Shown: positions 60,587 through 64,000 of the stretch, piece by piece
Position numbering within the stretch: position 1 is the first letter of the stretch
Layout of the letters: each line of letters begins with the position of its first letter
Source: an uncultured Planctomycetaceae bacterium
Lineage (GTDB): Bacteria > Planctomycetota > Planctomycetia > Isosphaerales > Isosphaeraceae
Reading direction: 5' to 3'
DNA length: 64,000 bases
Assembly: GCA_963833985.1 (NCBI GenBank)
Contig: CAWIAD010000002.1
Span: 6,112,001 to 6,176,000 of the forward strand
Notes under the pieces: generated by a model
Seen by the model: the letters and a program-made list of their open reading frames with translations, nothing else
Database searches by the model: none
What the model was told of the DNA's origin: nothing
Position numbers and translations under genes: made by a program

Positions 60587-63055
60587 ATGAACGCCATCCA
60601 AACCTCGCGCCGACGATCCGCCCTGCTGTTGTTCCCGTCCGGACTGCTTTTCGTGCTCCTCCCGGCGCTCGTTGCACCCACAGCGCCGGCGTCCGAACCG
60701 GGGCCTTCACCGCACCGGTACATCCCGGCCAGGGCGCTCACGGCGTACGTCGAGTTCGACGGGCTGGACGCCCATGCCGATGCCTGGAAGGCGACGGCGT
60801 GCCGTGGAATTCTTGTGGACACCCCGGCCGGCTCCATGTTGACCGAGGTAGCGAAGCAGGTCCTGGACCGGATGCTCAGCTCCGTGCCCAACTGCAAGTT
60901 GACGGGAGCGGACCTCGTCACCATTCAGGCTCACCTGCTCCACCACGGCTTCGTGGCCGCCGTCCACGATCTCGGGGAAGGCCAATCCGCGTGCACCGTG
61001 ATTCTGCGCGATCATCGCAAGCCGCCGGTACGAGCAAGCTGGGATCGCCTGCTCCAGCAGGTTTTGCCGGCCGGGGAACCGAAGAAACCGCGCACGCCCG
61101 TCCGGCTCCGCGGCCGCGAGATCTTTCAGGTTGGCAACGAGCATGAAAACAAGCCCGCGGCCGCACCGGGTTTGGATGATCTGCCGGCGGTGCCAGCAGT
61201 GCCGGCCGAACCGGGCAAGCTGCTCCTGCCGCCTCCGTCGCTGCCGGCCGTTCCACCCTCCCCGCCAGGCCCCGTGGGCGTTTCAGCCCCACCTCCAGAA
61301 GGCGTTCTGCCGGCGGTGCCAGCGGTGCCGGCTGAACCGGGCAATCTGCTGCTGCCGCCTCCGTCGCTGCCGATGGTTCCACCGCCTCCGCCGGTCGCTT
61401 TGAGTGCTGCCGGGGCTCCCGGGCTGTCGTGGTGGTTCGAAGGGGACGACCTGGTGCTGCTGCTTGCTCCAGACCAGGATTCTCCGGCGGTTCCCGACCT
61501 CGCGCAACGCCCGGAGCGGTCGAAGCCGAAGCCGCACGTAGACCATCGTTCGGCGATTTTCGACGCGATCGAAGGGAAGCAGCCGAACGTCGCCACACAT
61601 CCGGCTTACGTGTCCGCACTCGCGGAAGGTAAGGACGTGAGGGGCTTCCAGCCCGACGGCCTGTTCTTTCTTGAATGGGGCAGCGGGAAGGGCCCGTTCG
61701 CGGGAATGGACGACGGCCGGGATCCGCTCGCCATGTATCTTTCCGCCCTTGGCATGGTGCTCGGCCAGTACGGCGTCGAATCGCTCATGCCAGGGCTGCT
61801 CGGTGAACCGAAAGCGGATCAGCCAGCGGCGCCCGGCGCGAAGCAGCAGCCTGACCCGACCAGCCAGCTCGGCCTTGACGGGCTCAAACGCATCGTCGGC
61901 CGCTGGGGGTTTCAGGGCAAGGCGCTGTTCACGGATGTCCGGCTCGAGGCCCCCGCTCCGCGCAAGGGGCTTGTGGCCCTGCTGGACGACCAGCCGAGTT
62001 TTCGCAAGGACCAGCTTCCGCCCGTTCCCCGGAACACCCGCGCCTTCCTGGTCGATTCGCTCGATGTCGCCGCGACTTATCGCAGGCTGGTCGGCGTGCT
62101 CCAGGCGCTTGACCCGGAAGCGGAGAAGCCAATCGGCCAGTTCGAGCAGGCGTTCCGGCAGACCACGGGCTGGCGATTCCGGGAAGATGTGCTCGGCGCC
62201 CTGGGACCGCACTGGTCGGTCTTCCGGCTTCCGTCGCAGGACGAGAATCGAGGCGACAAGCAAGATCTGGACCCGACCGAGTATGCACTCGTGGCTGGCG
62301 TGCGCGACGCTCGGGAGTTTGAAAAGCGCCTCGACTCGATCGCGAAGCGGATCAATGAGTCTCTTCTGGAGCGGGACCAGCCGGCGCAGGGCAAGGACGC
62401 GGGCCCGCCCATCCTCGCCCTCGAGCGGCTGCCGGCTCCCGCAGTTGGTTATCAGCTGACCTCGCCGGCACGCCTCGTCCCCTGGCTCGGCGACAAGGTT
62501 CGCCCCACAATCCTGGTTAGCAAATCGTTCGTCGCCTTCGCCTCGAACCCCGAGCGAGCCCGCGAGGCGCTGGCATCCGAGGCAGGGCCCGCACCGCCGT
62601 GGAAGCCCGCCGGAGAGCTGGCAGAGGCGTTCGAATGCCTGCCGGAGAGCCTGACGTTCGTGCTGGTCGGTGACCATCGCGATTCGCCCTGGCCTGATGC
62701 GCTGGCCCACTTGCCCGGCACGATACAGTTCGCGAGTGCCATGTTCGGGGAAACGATCATCGCGGCGCCGCCGACATCCGACGGTCTGCTCGGATTGCTG
62801 GGCATCCCGGGACGCGATGGCTTCCGGCTCCGGCTGGACCCCTCCCGGATTCCGAGGGCGGTCCAGATCGAACCTTTCCTGTTTCCCAGCGTGCTGGCCG
62901 CGGCCGTCGACGATCGCGGATATCGCCTCATCCTGCGCGAGGCGTTCCCCCTGGCCTGCCTTGGCAAGGGGGCCAGGACGAGCGCCACGAAGACCTGGTC
63001 AAGTTCCAGGGGGCTGGAAGAGAAGCTCAAGGTTAGCCTCGGCTTGCACTTTTGA
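60587..63055 (+). CDS. Large exported hypothetical protein with a Pro-rich duplicated insert
   Basis: GGAG RBS, signal peptide and an 822-aa open frame. Confidence 0.8.
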   Translation: MNAIQTSRRRSALLLFPSGLLFVLLPALVAPTAPASEPGPSPHRYIPARALTAYVEFDGLDAHADAWKATACRGILVDTPAGSMLTEVAKQVLDRMLSSVPNCKLTGADLVTIQAHLLHHGFVAAVHDLGEGQSACTVILRDHRKPPVRASWDRLLQQVLPAGEPKKPRTPVRLRGREIFQVGNEHENKPAAAPGLDDLPAVPAVPAEPGKLLLPPPSLPAVPPSPPGPVGVSAPPPEGVLPAVPAVPAEPGNLLLPPPSLPMVPPPPPVALSAAGAPGLSWWFEGDDLVLLLAPDQDSPAVPDLAQRPERSKPKPHVDHRSAIFDAIEGKQPNVATHPAYVSALAEGKDVRGFQPDGLFFLEWGSGKGPFAGMDDGRDPLAMYLSALGMVLGQYGVESLMPGLLGEPKADQPAAPGAKQQPDPTSQLGLDGLKRIVGRWGFQGKALFTDVRLEAPAPRKGLVALLDDQPSFRKDQLPPVPRNTRAFLVDSLDVAATYRRLVGVLQALDPEAEKPIGQFEQAFRQTTGWRFREDVLGALGPHWSVFRLPSQDENRGDKQDLDPTEYALVAGVRDAREFEKRLDSIAKRINESLLERDQPAQGKDAGPPILALERLPAPAVGYQLTSPARLVPWLGDKVRPTILVSKSFVAFASNPERAREALASEAGPAPPWKPAGELAEAFECLPESLTFVLVGDHRDSPWPDALAHLPGTIQFASAMFGETIIAAPPTSDGLLGLLGIPGRDGFRLRLDPSRIPRAVQIEPFLFPSVLAAAVDDRGYRLILREAFPLACLGKGARTSATKTWSSSRGLEEKLKVSLGLHF
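61181..61400 (+). repeat. In-frame tandem duplication, period 126 nt (42 aa)
   Basis: LPAVPAVPAEPG[KN]LLLPPPSLP[AM]VPP starts at 61181 and again at 61307. Confidence 0.9.
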
Positions 63056-63250
63056 TCGAACGGAATTGCTGCGCTCCGCAGTCGGCGTGGCCGGCGCGGG
63101 ACGATTCGTGGCAGTTCTGGATGGTGCACGGCAGCCCTGCGTGCCTCCCGGCAGAAAAGCCATCCCCACGGCCGAAATTCTGTCGCATTTCCCCGTGTTG
63201 CTTCCTCTTTCTGTCAGAGGAATTCAACAAAGGCTGCGGGGGGCGACCTC

Positions 63251-63775
63251 ATGCAGACGGATGCGGAGATTGTGCGGCTCGTGCTTCAGGGCGATCGCGA
63301 GGCATTCGCGACGCTCGTGGCCCGGCACGAGAAAGCCGTCTGGATCACGGCCTGGCGGATCGTGCATGACGAGCACGCGGCGCTGGATGTGGCCCAGGAC
63401 GCTTTCCTGCACGCGTTTCAGCGGCTGCCAGGTCTGCGGCAGCCAGAGTTGTTCGGCGCCTGGCTGCTGCGGATCACACGCCGGGAAGCGATCCGGGCGG
63501 CGCGCACGGCCGCGCGCCTGTCCCCCTGCCCTGTGGACGAAAAACGAGAAGGGTCCTACGAAGTCGTGCAACGTGACGGGGATGCGGCGGATCTCGTCTC
63601 GGCCCTGGCGCGGCTGCCCGAGCACGAGCGGCTCGTGGTCTGCCTCCGCTACCTGGAGGGGCATTCCGTGTCCGACATCGGCAGGGTGCTCGGGCGTCCC
63701 GTGGGGACCGTGACCAAGCAGCTCTCGCGTGGCATCACTCGGCTCAAAAGCCTGCTTGTGGAGGTGACACGATGA
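63251..63775 (+). CDS. ECF RNA polymerase sigma factor
   Basis: Motifs GDREAFATLV, DVAQDAF, FGAWLLRI and PVGTVTKQLSR. Confidence 0.92.
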   Translation: MQTDAEIVRLVLQGDREAFATLVARHEKAVWITAWRIVHDEHAALDVAQDAFLHAFQRLPGLRQPELFGAWLLRITRREAIRAARTAARLSPCPVDEKREGSYEVVQRDGDAADLVSALARLPEHERLVVCLRYLEGHSVSDIGRVLGRPVGTVTKQLSRGITRLKSLLVEVTR

Positions 63776-64000
63776 ACCCGGATGGCGTGGAAGAGCGTCT
63801 GGACCGGCTGCGCGTGGAATGGCCGGTCGAATCAATCGTGGGTCGCGTCATGGCGGAGGTGCGAACCGAGCCGCACCCGCTGCCGGTGCGACGCTCGTGG
63901 CCGTCCTGGCCACACCGCATGCGCCGGCTGACCGTCGGGGTGGCGGCTTGCGGGTTGTTCGGAGGCGCTGGTTCTGGCGTGGTTGCTCATCGCCAGTCAT
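63772..64000 (+). CDS. Probable anti-sigma/membrane protein, 3'-truncated by the window edge
   Basis: ATGA overlap with the sigma gene; MNPDGVEERLDRL... followed by a hydrophobic segment. Confidence 0.55.
   Translation, partial: MNPDGVEERLDRLRVEWPVESIVGRVMAEVRTEPHPLPVRRSWPSWPHRMRRLTVGVAACGLFGGAGSGVVAHRQS

Overview
High-GC bacterial chromosomal segment, most likely a planctomycete (Isosphaeraceae-like). The assignment is inferred from two DUF1559 pilin-like genes, an ECF sigma factor with a membrane-anchored extension, and an LExRxLLS export motif. About 55 genes are densely packed: glyQS (partial), rnpA-yidD behind a DnaJ/CbpM-like pair, glycoside hydrolases, an M28 peptidase, an ATP-dependent ligase plus MBL exonuclease, a sugar-kinase cluster, glycosyltransferases, a two-component system, an HtrA protease and ECF sigmas. 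Mobile DNA comprises one complete IS1634-family element that truncates a TPR gene and two copies of a REP-containing MITE-like element. Roughly 15 genes are broken by small indels, which most likely reflect assembly error rather than biology. I saw no rRNA, tRNA or CRISPR array. The top candidate for new biology is a 68-codon membrane ORF missing from the ORF track (44975..45181). It has an in-frame UGA in a U-x4-C motif, a SECIS-like hairpin and a near-consensus promoter shared divergently with a Cys-bearing ArsR, which together suggest a small selenoprotein. Also notable are a Cys-rich leader ahead of a Met-rich DUF1559 gene (possible copper module) and a lower-GC pair of large orphan proteins (16091..20204).
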